A DNA stretch of 37,467 nt. Origin: a virus. The notes under the pieces were generated by a model. It was not told the DNA's origin. It did not search any database and was given only the letters and a program-made list of their open reading frames with translations. Location: UHGV virus genome UHGV-0220213; one strand, 5' to 3'. The position numbers were made by a program, and so were the translations under genes. Positions within the stretch are counted from its first letter, which is position 1, and every line of letters starts with the position of its first letter. Of the stretch, positions 1 to 8,793 are shown piece by piece.

Positions 1-7
1 GTGCGCT

Positions 8-1996
8 ATGAAAGAATGGTATACAGCAAAAGAGTTGCTCGGTTTGGCAGGTTTACCAAAGCAAGCCACTAACATTACACGTAAGGCACAAAGAGAAGGC
101 TGGGAGTTCAGGCAGGTTGCAGGGACTAAAGGTGTATCATTTGAATTCAATATCAAATCATTCCCTGTCGCATTACGTGCTGAAATTCTGTTGCAACAAG
201 GGAGAATTGAAACAAGCCTGGGCCGTTTTGAAATCGCCCGCCCCACGCTGGAAGCCCATGATTATGATCGTGAGGTGCTGTGGAGCAAATGGGATAAAGC
301 CAGCGATTCCCAGCGCAGACTTGCTGAAAAATGGTTGCCTGCGGTTCAGGCTGCAGACGAAATGCTGAACCAGGGGATTTCAACGAAAACGGCTTTTGCG
401 ACCGTTGCAGGGCATTACCAGGTCAGCGCATCCACTTTGCGGGACAAGTATTACCAGGTACAGAAGTTTGCGAAGCCTGACTGGGCGGCTGCACTTGTTG
501 ATGGACGTGGTGCATCCCGTCGCAATGTTCACAAAAGTGAATTTGACGAGGATGCCTGGCAGTTTCTGATTGCAGATTATCTGCGACCGGAAAAACCCGC
601 CTTCCGCAAATGTTATGAGCGTCTGGAACTGGCAGCCCGCGAGCATGGCTGGAGTATTCCCTCCCGTGCCACGGCCTTTCGCCGGATTCAGCAACTGGAC
701 GAGGCAATGGTTGTTGCCTGTCGTGAAGGTGAACATGCACTGATGCATCTGATACCGGCACAGCAGCGAACTGTGGAACACCTGGACGCCATGCAGTGGA
801 TCAACGGCGACGGTTATCTGCATAACGTCTTTGTACGCTGGTTTAACGGTGATGTGATCCGTCCGAAAACATGGTTCTGGCAGGATGTGAAAACCCGAAA
901 AATTCTGGGCTGGCGCTGCGATGTGAGCGAGAACATTGATTCAATTCGCCTCTCGTTCATGGATGTTGTGACTCGCTACGGTATCCCGGAGGATTTTCAC
1001 ATCACCATTGATAACACCCGTGGTGCTGCGAATAAATGGCTGACGGGAGGCGCGCCCAATCGCTACCGCTTTAAGGTGAAAGAAGACGATCCAAAGGGAT
1101 TGTTTTTACTGATGGGTGCGAAAATGCACTGGACAAGCGTTGTTGCCGGTAAAGGCTGGGGCCAGGCAAAACCTGTTGAACGTGCTTTCGGTGTTGGTGG
1201 GCTTGAGGAATACGTTGATAAGCATCCGGCACTGGCTGGCGCATATACGGGGCCAAATCCGCAGGCAAAACCTGATAACTATGGCAACCGCGCTGTTGAT
1301 GCAGAGCTGTTTCTGAAAACCCTTGCCGAAGGTGTGGCGATGTTCAATGCCAGAACAGGCCGTGAAACAGAAATGTGCGGGGGCAAACTCTCGTTTGATG
1401 ATGTTTTCGAGCGTGAATACGCCAGAACGATTGTGCGTAAGCCAACCGAAGAACAAAAACGGATGCTGTTACTGCCTGCCGAGGCGGTGAACGTTTCACG
1501 CAAAGGCGAGTTTACGCTTAAAGTTGGCGGCTCCCTTAAAGGCGCGAAAAACGTTTATTACAACATGGCATTAATGAATGCCGGCGTGAAAAAAGTTGTG
1601 GTCAGGTTTGATCCGCAGCAGCTACACAGCACGGTTTATTGTTACACCCTGGACGGTCGGTTTATCTGTGAAGCGGAATGTCTGGCACCTGTTGCATTTA
1701 ATGATGCTGCGGCAGGCCGTGAATATCGCCGCCGCCAGAAACAACTGAAATCTGCAACTAAAGCAGCCATTAAGGCGCAGAAACAAATGGACGCGCTGGA
1801 AGTTGCTGAACTGCTGCCGCAGATAGCCGAACCAGCAGCACCAGAATCACGAATTGTTGGTATTTTCCGGCCTTCCGGTAATACGGAACGGGTGAAGAAT
1901 CAGGAGCGTGATGATGAATACGAAACTGAGCGTGATGAATATCTGAATCATTCGCTGGATATTCTGGAACAGAACAGACGTAAAAAAGCCATTTAA
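8..1996 (+). CDS. A: DDE transposase MuA (662 aa)
   Basis: Translation matches recalled Mu transposase A along most of its length; the N-terminal ~60 aa diverge from canonical Mu (D108-like). First gene of the window. Confidence 0.93.
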
Positions 1997-2034
1997 TTAA
2001 CGTTTAAACAAAATTTAATTACGAGGTTATTCAG

Positions 2035-2973
2035 ATGAATATTTCCGATATTCGCGCAGGACTGCGCACGCTTGTAGAAAATGAAGAAACCACCTTTAAA
2101 CAAATTGCTCTTGAGAGCGGACTTTCTACCGGAACTATCAGTAGTTTTATCAATGATAAGTACAACGGGGATAACGAGCGTGTTTCACAAATTCTGCAAC
2201 GCTGGCTGGAAAAATATCATGCAGTTGCAGAACTACCTGAACCGCCCCGCTTTGTGGAAACGCAGACGGTAAAACAAATCTGGACAAGTATGCGTTTTGC
2301 CAGCCTGACTGAAAGTATTGCTGTTGTATGTGGCAATCCTGGTGTGGGCAAAACCGAAGCGGCCCGTGAATATCGCCGCACCAATAACAATGTCTGGATG
2401 ATCACCATTACGCCATCCTGTGCCAGCGTTCTGGAATGTCTTACTGAACTGGCGTTTGAGCTGGGAATGAATGACGCACCACGCCGTAAAGGGCCGCTCT
2501 CCCGCGCCCTGCGACGTCGCCTTGAAGGTACACAGGGGCTGGTTATCATCGACGAAGCTGATCATCTTGGTGCCGAAGTTCTGGAAGAACTCCGCCTGTT
2601 ACAGGAATCAACCCGTATTGGCCTTGTGCTGATGGGAAATCACCGGGTTTATTCAAATATGACGGGGGGTAACAGAACGGTTGAATTTGCCCGTCTGTTT
2701 TCCCGTATTGCAAAGCGCACTGCAATTAATAAAACCAAAAAAGCCGATGTAAAAGCTATTGCGGATGCCTGGCAGATTAACGGCGAAAAAGAACTGGAGT
2801 TATTACAGCAGATTGCGCAGAAACCAGGTGCGCTTCGTATTCTGAATCATTCACTTCGCCTTGCCGCCATGACGGCTCACGGTAAAGGTGAGCGTGTTAA
2901 CGAAGATTATCTGCGTCAGGCTTTCCGTGAATTAGACCTGGACGTTGATATTTCAACGCTGCTGCGTAATTAA
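2035..2973 (+). CDS. B: Transposition target-DNA activator MuB, AAA+ ATPase (312 aa)
   Basis: 312 aa as in Mu B; Walker A motif GNPGVGKT; directly downstream of A. Confidence 0.93.
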   Translation: MNISDIRAGLRTLVENEETTFKQIALESGLSTGTISSFINDKYNGDNERVSQILQRWLEKYHAVAELPEPPRFVETQTVKQIWTSMRFASLTESIAVVCGNPGVGKTEAAREYRRTNNNVWMITITPSCASVLECLTELAFELGMNDAPRRKGPLSRALRRRLEGTQGLVIIDEADHLGAEVLEELRLLQESTRIGLVLMGNHRVYSNMTGGNRTVEFARLFSRIAKRTAINKTKKADVKAIADAWQINGEKELELLQQIAQKPGALRILNHSLRLAAMTAHGKGERVNEDYLRQAFRELDLDVDISTLLRN

Positions 2974-2988
2974 GAAGGAGAAGAAATT

Positions 2989-3216
2989 ATGATGGCCCGA
3001 AATATAAAAATGGCAACGGATGCGCAGAATTGGTTACAGGCGCGCGGGAGTCATGTAAATGAATCATATCTCGGCGTGGCGCGTCCGATTCTTGAAATCA
3101 CTTACCCACCGGTGGAACTGGTAAAAAACGCGGTCAGAATTATGGAGCATAAGTCCGGGGTGGCCCGTTCTGTATGGACGGCCCGTCTTAATGGTTGCCA
3201 GATTATCTGGAGATAA
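2989..3216 (+). CDS. kil: Kil-like host cell division inhibitor (75 aa)
   Basis: Position immediately after B, size about 74 aa as Mu kil; SD AAGGAGAAG upstream. Confidence 0.7.
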
Positions 3217-3218
3217 CG

Positions 3219-3449
3219 ATGTGTATTAAAGCTGAAAAATATATTGAATGGGTTAAACACTGTCAGTGCCACGGGGTGCCGCTGACGACATATAAATGCC
3301 CCGGATGCGGTGAACAGATTATGACGCAATGCTCACCCGAAAAGGAAATTCGGGATTCCCTGACATGTTGTCCGTGGTGCAGCGCAGTTTTCTTTAAGCA
3401 GGTAAAAGGCGCGAAGGTAAAAGCCAGCGCAGTTATTCAGAATCAATAA
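3219..3449 (+). CDS. Small early protein with CxxC...CxxC zinc-ribbon-like motifs (Mu gp6-like)
   Basis: ORF frame 3195-3449; the ATG at 3219 follows the kil stop; two CPxC pairs. Confidence 0.6.
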   Translation: MCIKAEKYIEWVKHCQCHGVPLTTYKCPGCGEQIMTQCSPEKEIRDSLTCCPWCSAVFFKQVKGAKVKASAVIQNQ

Positions 3450-3460
3450 GGTGAAACAAA

Positions 3461-3730
3461 ATGGCAAAAGTAATCTTTGAATTTAACAATACAAGAAATA
3501 TTGAGTTTCAGGAAAATGGAGGTTTTGCCGTAAATATGAATGTGCGACTGGAAGAATCCTCACCTGAGGACCAGACCGGGCCACATGATGTAATGGCAGG
3601 CATCATCAAGAGCATGGCTCCTGAAATCATTAAAAAAGCGACCGAGGAGTTGTTGAAATCAGCCAGGGAGCTTGGGCTGGAAGCTGAGGGGAAATTATTC
3701 AGCTATAACCCGAATACAGCCAGACATTAA
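3461..3730 (+). CDS. Early-region hypothetical protein (89 aa)
   Basis: ORF with upstream SD; early-operon position. Confidence 0.6.
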   Translation: MAKVIFEFNNTRNIEFQENGGFAVNMNVRLEESSPEDQTGPHDVMAGIIKSMAPEIIKKATEELLKSARELGLEAEGKLFSYNPNTARH

Positions 3731-3750
3731 TTCGCAAAGGAACGCTGACA

Positions 3751-4170
3751 ATGAACGTCAAGACCCGAAATGAAATTCAGGCATTAATCCGAATTCAGGA
3801 ACGCAATAACAACGGTGGTGAATTACGCGAGTTTATTTGCGCCCGGAAAGTTGATGATTGTGGTGAAAAGACTTACCTGATTGCTTTCGACCATTACAGC
3901 ATCTGTGCACGTTATTGCGGCGAAAGCATATCCCGCGCCATTGCATTTGGCGGTGCGTTCAACGTGGATTTATGGGAGTACGTCATGGACCGGGAATACA
4001 TCTGCGCATCAGACCCTGAGGCCCGTGAAATGTGGCAGCGTATCTGGCGCGATTACCGGTTAATGGCAAAAGGCTGGGCGCGCTGCTGTTATTCCTCGCT
4101 TGCCCTGAAAGCGGTTCAGTTATCGCTGCGGCATATTCAGGCATCACTGCGCGAGCCTCTGCTGTACTGA
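3751..4170 (+). CDS. Early-region hypothetical protein (139 aa), Cys-rich
   Basis: ORF with SD AAAGGAA upstream; tightly packed in the early operon. Confidence 0.6.
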   Translation: MNVKTRNEIQALIRIQERNNNGGELREFICARKVDDCGEKTYLIAFDHYSICARYCGESISRAIAFGGAFNVDLWEYVMDREYICASDPEAREMWQRIWRDYRLMAKGWARCCYSSLALKAVQLSLRHIQASLREPLLY

Positions 4171-4470
4171 ATGGTGACTGACATGAAGTGTAATCGTAAG
4201 CGCTGGTCACGCGAAGACCGGGAATTTATCGAAGCCAACGTCGGGAAAATGACCATTGAAGAAATGGCGGAAAAACTGAAAGTCGCCACAACCGCCCTCC
4301 GGGCACATGCCAGAAGGCACGGAATATCATTGTGTGTATACCGAATCAGTGAACACGACAAATATTTATGTCGTGAACTTTATAAAGAAGGACTGGATAT
4401 TCATGTCATTGCCCGAAAGATGGAATTAAGCAATCGTGCTGTATCCAGCATTGTATACAGCGGATATTAA
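4171..4470 (+). CDS. Early-region small protein with predicted HTH segments (99 aa)
   Basis: Starts right at the upstream stop (alternative ATG at 4183); helix-turn-helix-like stretch MTIEEMAEKLKVATTALRAHARRHG. Confidence 0.55.
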   Translation: MVTDMKCNRKRWSREDREFIEANVGKMTIEEMAEKLKVATTALRAHARRHGISLCVYRISEHDKYLCRELYKEGLDIHVIARKMELSNRAVSSIVYSGY

Positions 4471-4489
4471 TTAACAGGAGCTTTAATTT

Positions 4490-5014
4490 ATGGCTAAACC
4501 AGCAAAACGTATCAAAAGTGCCGCAGCGGCTTATGTGCCACAAAACCGCGATGCGGTGATTACTGATATTAAACGCATCGGGGATTTACAGCGCGAAGCA
4601 TCACGTCTGGAAACGGAAATGAATGATGCCATCGCGGAAATTACGGAGAAATTTGCGGCCCGGATTGCACCGATTAAAACCGATATTGAAACCCTTTCAA
4701 AAGGCGTTCAGGGATGGTGTGAAGCGAACCGCGACGAACTGACGAACGGCGGCAAAGTGAAAACGGCAAATCTTGTCACCGGTGATGTATCGTGGCGGGT
4801 CCGTCCACCATCAGTAAGTATTCGTGGTATGGATGCAGTGATGGAAACGCTGGAGCGTCTTGGCCTGCAACGCTTTATTCGCACGAAGCAGGAAATCAAC
4901 AAGGAAGCGATTTTACTGGAACCGAAAGCGGTCGCAGGTGTTGCCGGAATTACGGTTAAATCGGGAATTGAAGATTTTTCCATTATTCCATTTGAACAGG
5001 AAGCCGGTATTTAA
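4490..5014 (+). CDS. gam: Gam host-nuclease inhibitor, DNA-end-binding (174 aa)
   Basis: 174 aa, matches recalled Mu Gam sequence (MAKPAKRIKSAAAAYVPQNRDAVITDIKRIG...). Confidence 0.9.
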   Translation: MAKPAKRIKSAAAAYVPQNRDAVITDIKRIGDLQREASRLETEMNDAIAEITEKFAARIAPIKTDIETLSKGVQGWCEANRDELTNGGKVKTANLVTGDVSWRVRPPSVSIRGMDAVMETLERLGLQRFIRTKQEINKEAILLEPKAVAGVAGITVKSGIEDFSIIPFEQEAGI

Positions 5015-5112
5015 TACCACCATTAATATTTAATTAATTCACATTCTTTTAATTATGGCGCGATGCGTCAGGGGATTGCTCGCGCCTGAAACAGATTACT
5101 GAGGAATAAAAC

Positions 5113-5643
5113 ATGGTTGATGCAAAAATTCTGAATGGTGTCAGCACATTATTACGGGCTTACGGACGCCTGACCTGCGGAGTTCTGGCTGAAAAAATGA
5201 AGATGCCTCCCTCATCAATGGTGTATTTCCTGCGTGATGCGGTTGATGCCGGCGTTCTCACCGAATGCAACGGATTTTATGACGTTCCGCGCCCGCGTCC
5301 GACGCCGCCTGTAAGACGAAACGCAACTGAGCAGCCTGCTGTTGATGATGCGGTGTGGTGCAACTGGCGTCGCTCATTACCCTGGGTGGAAGGTAATACC
5401 ATCCCCGCGCTGGCAAAAGAGTTTGCGACGGGCGTGCTGACCTGTGAATCCGTTCACATCGTTGCAGAACTGGACAACAGAATGTGCGAACAGGGAATGC
5501 CCCGTTTTGTGATGGCTTATATCGATATCCGGCTGGGGCGTTTTATTTGCAGTTCAAGCGCCTGGAATATCACCGACCATGTACTGCGTTATCTCATTCT
5601 TGATTGTTCTCCGGCTCCCACAGCGGTGCAGGAGGTGGCGTGA
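5113..5643 (+). CDS. Early semi-essential region protein (176 aa)
   Basis: ORF with SD GAGGAA upstream; stop overlaps the next start (TGATG). Confidence 0.6.
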   Translation: MVDAKILNGVSTLLRAYGRLTCGVLAEKMKMPPSSMVYFLRDAVDAGVLTECNGFYDVPRPRPTPPVRRNATEQPAVDDAVWCNWRRSLPWVEGNTIPALAKEFATGVLTCESVHIVAELDNRMCEQGMPRFVMAYIDIRLGRFICSSSAWNITDHVLRYLILDCSPAPTAVQEVA

Positions 5644-6173
5644 TGTTTTTTAAAACGTCAAATCCCGCAGCACTGCTGGCATGGGACCAGTTTATGGCGG
5701 ACTGCCTGAAACTACGCGAAGAAGCCCGCCATCTTGATAAGGTTCTGGGTTGTGGTTGCCGGTCAGTATTCAGCACAGGTATTGGTGGGCGTCATTTTCA
5801 TGGCGTGAATTTTCCGGGGAATGAGCGACCTTTCTCGCCGGAGTTGTGGACTGTACAACGCTCCGCATCAGGTAACAGTTGCAGGCCAAGAACATCGCGC
5901 ATTCCTGCACATCTGCGGGAGCAGTCAAAAGAGCTGGCGAAAATATGGCAGGAGAATATTCCGGTCACTTATGCCCGTACTGACGCTCTCTTACCCGCAC
6001 TGGGACTGGATTTCAGCGCAACAATATTCGGCCCGCTCCGGTGGTTCCGTGTTGGTGATGTGATTTACGTCATGACAGGGATGACTCCCGCACAGGGCCG
6101 CATGACTGAAATCCTTTCTGACGAATTTATCCGGGCGCAAAAACAGGCGGAGGTAAACAATGGAAAACAATGA
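5643..6173 (+). CDS. Early semi-essential region protein (about 176 aa)
   Basis: ATG at 5643 overlaps the upstream stop; same frame as track ORF 5604-6173. Confidence 0.55.
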   Translation: MFFKTSNPAALLAWDQFMADCLKLREEARHLDKVLGCGCRSVFSTGIGGRHFHGVNFPGNERPFSPELWTVQRSASGNSCRPRTSRIPAHLREQSKELAKIWQENIPVTYARTDALLPALGLDFSATIFGPLRWFRVGDVIYVMTGMTPAQGRMTEILSDEFIRAQKQAEVNNGKQ

Positions 6174-6342
6174 AACATCGTATTCGTGGCTGGGGAAATT
6201 TACCACGGTGAAACAGGAATGCCCGACCTGCGGTAATGAATCCCCTGAATATCTGAAAGAGTGCCCTCATTGTGGCGGGCAGAAATGCAACCACTGCGAT
6301 ATGGGCGACGACACGGCGTGCATGAATTGTGAAGGTGAGTGA
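6160..6342 (+). CDS. Small Cys-rich zinc-ribbon protein (60 aa, four CxxC pairs)
   Basis: Strong SD GGAGGT six nt upstream of the ATG; CPTCG...CPHCG...CNHCD...CMNCE. Confidence 0.6.
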   Translation: MENNETSYSWLGKFTTVKQECPTCGNESPEYLKECPHCGGQKCNHCDMGDDTACMNCEGE

Positions 6343-6343
6343 T

Positions 6344-6655
6344 ATGAATAATGGTGTATTTTCAAAATCAGAAGAGCTTGCCGCCCTGCTGATTGCCGGT
6401 GGTTTGCCGAAAAAAGAAGTGCATGACTTTGTGAATTTTGTATATGAGCCGTCTCATGAAAAAGCTATTGATGAAGTCATGGCGTACCGGTTTGGCATTA
6501 TTGCTGAGTCACTGAGTCCTCACTGGATTATTGAAAATCTCCGCACTATTGCTGATGGTAACGATAAAGTGGCGGCTGTCGCCGCCCTTGATGTGCTGCA
6601 ACGTATGAACCGGGAACTATTCAATCCCGAGTTTCTTTTTAAGAAACGAGGTTAA
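6344..6655 (+). CDS. Early-region hypothetical protein (about 103 aa)
   Basis: SD AGGTGA five nt upstream of the ATG at 6344; last + strand ORF before the coding gap. Confidence 0.55.
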   Translation: MNNGVFSKSEELAALLIAGGLPKKEVHDFVNFVYEPSHEKAIDEVMAYRFGIIAESLSPHWIIENLRTIADGNDKVAAVAALDVLQRMNRELFNPEFLFKKRG

Positions 6656-7033
6656 CCACTGTTTGCCGACGTCTGTTACGAGCGTCATCGGGGCGTCGGC
6701 AAGGTCCTGTTTTATGCGCTCAAGAATGGGTTTTTGATGTAGTGCTTTCGCAAAATCATGACCATCTTGTGTAAGTCTGACACTGGTGCCTGAATATGAA
6801 TATCCGAGGCTTGTTGGGGTGAGACCAATGCTTTTTGCGGTGCCTGTTTCCAGATATCTGTTGCTGATAAAACCATTTTCAACCAGCAACAGAAGATGGA
6901 AAACCAGCTTCTGATGGCTGTCGCTGTGCCGCTGAGAACGATCCCAGCCGACATCTTCCAGTCGAATGAATGCGGTGTCGGCCTCCAGAAAAACATCAAA
7001 TATTCTGGCTATCTCGTCATAATCAATTTTCAT
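6617..7033 (-). CDS. Opposite-strand hypothetical protein (138 aa), function unknown
   Basis: Only ORF filling the ~400 bp + strand coding gap between 6655 and gemA; SD AAGGAA about 8 nt upstream of its ATG on the minus strand; balanced, protein-like composition. Confidence 0.5.
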   Translation of the reverse strand: MKIDYDEIARIFDVFLEADTAFIRLEDVGWDRSQRHSDSHQKLVFHLLLLVENGFISNRYLETGTAKSIGLTPTSLGYSYSGTSVRLTQDGHDFAKALHQKPILERIKQDLADAPMTLVTDVGKQWLTSFLKKKLGIE

Positions 7034-7063
7034 ATCTCATTCCTTAATATGAGAGGTGAGCAA

Positions 7064-7615
7064 ATGAATCGCACATCGCTTATTAAATTAATCCATGTCG
7101 CCCGTCGGGAGCTACAACTCGACGATGACACTTACCGCGCCTTTCTGATGCAGAAAACGGGCAAAACCAGTTGCCGCGAGCTGACGGTTACGCAACTGGA
7201 ACAGACGCTCGATGCAATGAAAGAACGCGGCTTTAAGAAGCTGAATAAACATCCACGTCGCCGCTTTAAGGAACATGTCACGCCCCGCGAGAAGGTGTAC
7301 AAAGTCTGGCAGCAGATGGCAGAAGACGGTTTTATTACCGATGGCGGTGATGTGGCGCTGGATAAATATGTTCAGCGCCTGACCGCGAAACGCAACGGCG
7401 GACAGGGCGTTTCCACACTGGCGTGGTGTCATGGCGACACGCTGCTGACAGTCCTCGAAACACTCAAGCAGTGGCACATCCGCTGTATTCATGAAGCCTT
7501 TTCCCGTCACGGGCTTCCATTGCCGGTCAGTCCGTCCGGTCGTGAACTGCGCGGCTATGATGCCATGACGGCGGCTTATGCCCATGCCAGAAAGACGCGG
7601 AGGATGGCACAATGA
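7064..7615 (+). CDS. gemA: GemA-like early regulator (183 aa)
   Basis: ATG at 7064 preceded by SD GAGAGGTGAG; directly upstream of and overlapping mor (ATGA), as in Mu. Confidence 0.8.
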   Translation: MNRTSLIKLIHVARRELQLDDDTYRAFLMQKTGKTSCRELTVTQLEQTLDAMKERGFKKLNKHPRRRFKEHVTPREKVYKVWQQMAEDGFITDGGDVALDKYVQRLTAKRNGGQGVSTLAWCHGDTLLTVLETLKQWHIRCIHEAFSRHGLPLPVSPSGRELRGYDAMTAAYAHARKTRRMAQ

Positions 7616-8001
7616 CGGAAGATTTATTTGGTGATTTGCAGGATGACACCATCCTAGCACATCTTGACAATCCCGCAGAGGATACGTCACGCTTTCCGGC
7701 ACTGCTGGCGGAGCTGAACGATTTACTACGCGGGGAATTGTCCCGGCTGGGTGTTGATCCTGCCCATTCACTGGAGATTGTTGTGGCTATCTGTAAGCAT
7801 CTGGGCGGCGGTCAGGTCTACATTCCACGCGGTCAGGTTCTGGACTCGCTGATTCGGGATTTGCGTATCTGGAATGATTTTAACGGTCGCAACGTCAGCG
7901 AACTGACCACCCGTTATGGTGTCACTTTCAATACGGTTTACAAGGCCATTCGCCGGATGCGACGGCTGAAATACCGCCAGTACCAGCCCTCACTTCTGTA
8001 A
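7612..8001 (+). CDS. mor: Mor, activator of the middle promoter (129 aa)
   Basis: 129 aa; Mor/C-family C-terminal HTH; followed by an intrinsic terminator. Confidence 0.88.
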   Translation: MTEDLFGDLQDDTILAHLDNPAEDTSRFPALLAELNDLLRGELSRLGVDPAHSLEIVVAICKHLGGGQVYIPRGQVLDSLIRDLRIWNDFNGRNVSELTTRYGVTFNTVYKAIRRMRRLKYRQYQPSLL

Positions 8002-8007
8002 ACAGTA

Positions 8008-8031
8008 AAGCCGGTTAATCCGGCTTTTTTT
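8008..8031 (+). terminator. Rho-independent terminator ending the early operon (Mu t9.2 equivalent)
   Basis: Stem AAGCCGG / CCGGCTT with loop TTAAT, then a run of 7 T. Confidence 0.8.
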
Positions 8032-8078
8032 ACGTCCTCAATATCCTGTGATGAATAACCGTACCGGGGGAAATCATC
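8008..8078 (+). promoter_or_regulatory. Candidate middle promoter Pm with Mor-binding dyad
   Basis: By position, between the early terminator and the first middle gene; the terminator dyad could double as an activator site. Exact -10/-35 not assigned. Confidence 0.35.
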
Positions 8079-8297
8079 ATGGGTAAAGGCTGGAATGCAT
8101 CCTTTCATCTTGGCAGACGTGAGCGGCTGCGTCAGGAGGTTTTGCACCGTGTCGCCGGTGGGCCACGGCCTGCGCCCCGCGACTATACCGGTCATGATGG
8201 CACCCACGGCAGTTATTACATGAAAGGCTGGCAGTCAGTTGATATGCCGGAAATTCTTCATCATTGCCTGCTTTACAGGGAGAAACATTATGTCTGA
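8079..8297 (+). CDS. Middle-region hypothetical protein (72 aa, Mu gp18-like position)
   Basis: ORF with SD GGGGGAAA upstream. Confidence 0.5.
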   Translation: MGKGWNASFHLGRRERLRQEVLHRVAGGPRPAPRDYTGHDGTHGSYYMKGWQSVDMPEILHHCLLYREKHYV

Positions 8298-8652
8298 GCG
8301 TTCTGCTCGTCAGTGGCCTGATTTTTTATCGGTGGTATTACTGGCGCTGTTATTGTGGATAAGTCTGTTTTGTGGCTGGCGCGCGCTGATGTTTTGCTGT
8401 GCCTCGGTTTTCAGTGTTGCTTTATGTGTTGCCGCTGATTGTCTGGATGCGCTGATAATGAGCTGCCGGGTGCCTGAACATTTTGCCCGGTTCGTCTGGC
8501 CTCTGACCTGGCTGGGGAGTCTGTCCGGGCTGGGATTAGCCGTGATGGCAGCGTCTCAACTGAAAACGGGTCCTGAGCATGTCATCTGGGCGCTGGCCGG
8601 ATTGCTGACGTTCTGGCTCTCCTTTCGTTTTCGCGCTCGTCTGTTCGGGTAA
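8290..8652 (+). CDS. Multi-pass membrane protein (about 120 aa, Mu gp19-like position)
   Basis: ATG at 8290 in frame of track ORF 8239-8652; several hydrophobic helices. Confidence 0.55.
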   Translation: MSERSARQWPDFLSVVLLALLLWISLFCGWRALMFCCASVFSVALCVAADCLDALIMSCRVPEHFARFVWPLTWLGSLSGLGLAVMAASQLKTGPEHVIWALAGLLTFWLSFRFRARLFG

Positions 8653-8661
8653 AGGGGCACC

Positions 8662-8781
8662 ATGTACAGAAAATTCAGTGATGAATGTTTCGGGCCGTCC
8701 ACGCTGATGAGTGCGATAAAAGTGATTGCCCTTGTGGTTCTGATAACCATCAGTGCCGTGGTGTATCTTTCTGTCTGTTAA
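8662..8781 (+). CDS. Small single-TM membrane protein (39 aa, Mu gp20-like position)
   Basis: ATG 8662 to TAA 8779-8781; hydrophobic stretch IKVIALVVLITISAVVYL. Below the size cut-off of the ORF track. Confidence 0.4.
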   Translation: MYRKFSDECFGPSTLMSAIKVIALVVLITISAVVYLSVC

Positions 8782-8793
8782 CCGGGGGAAAAT

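Noticed and set aside
117-823. Small ORFs in alternative frames within the A gene (117-368 +, 153-383 -, 380-823 -)
   Set aside because: Embedded in the transposase coding sequence, which is strongly supported; no independent signals.
6896-7063. Upstream extension of the gemA frame to 6896 (239-aa version)
   Set aside because: The ATG at 7064 has a strong SD, while the extension overlaps the better-supported minus-strand ORF and has no SD.
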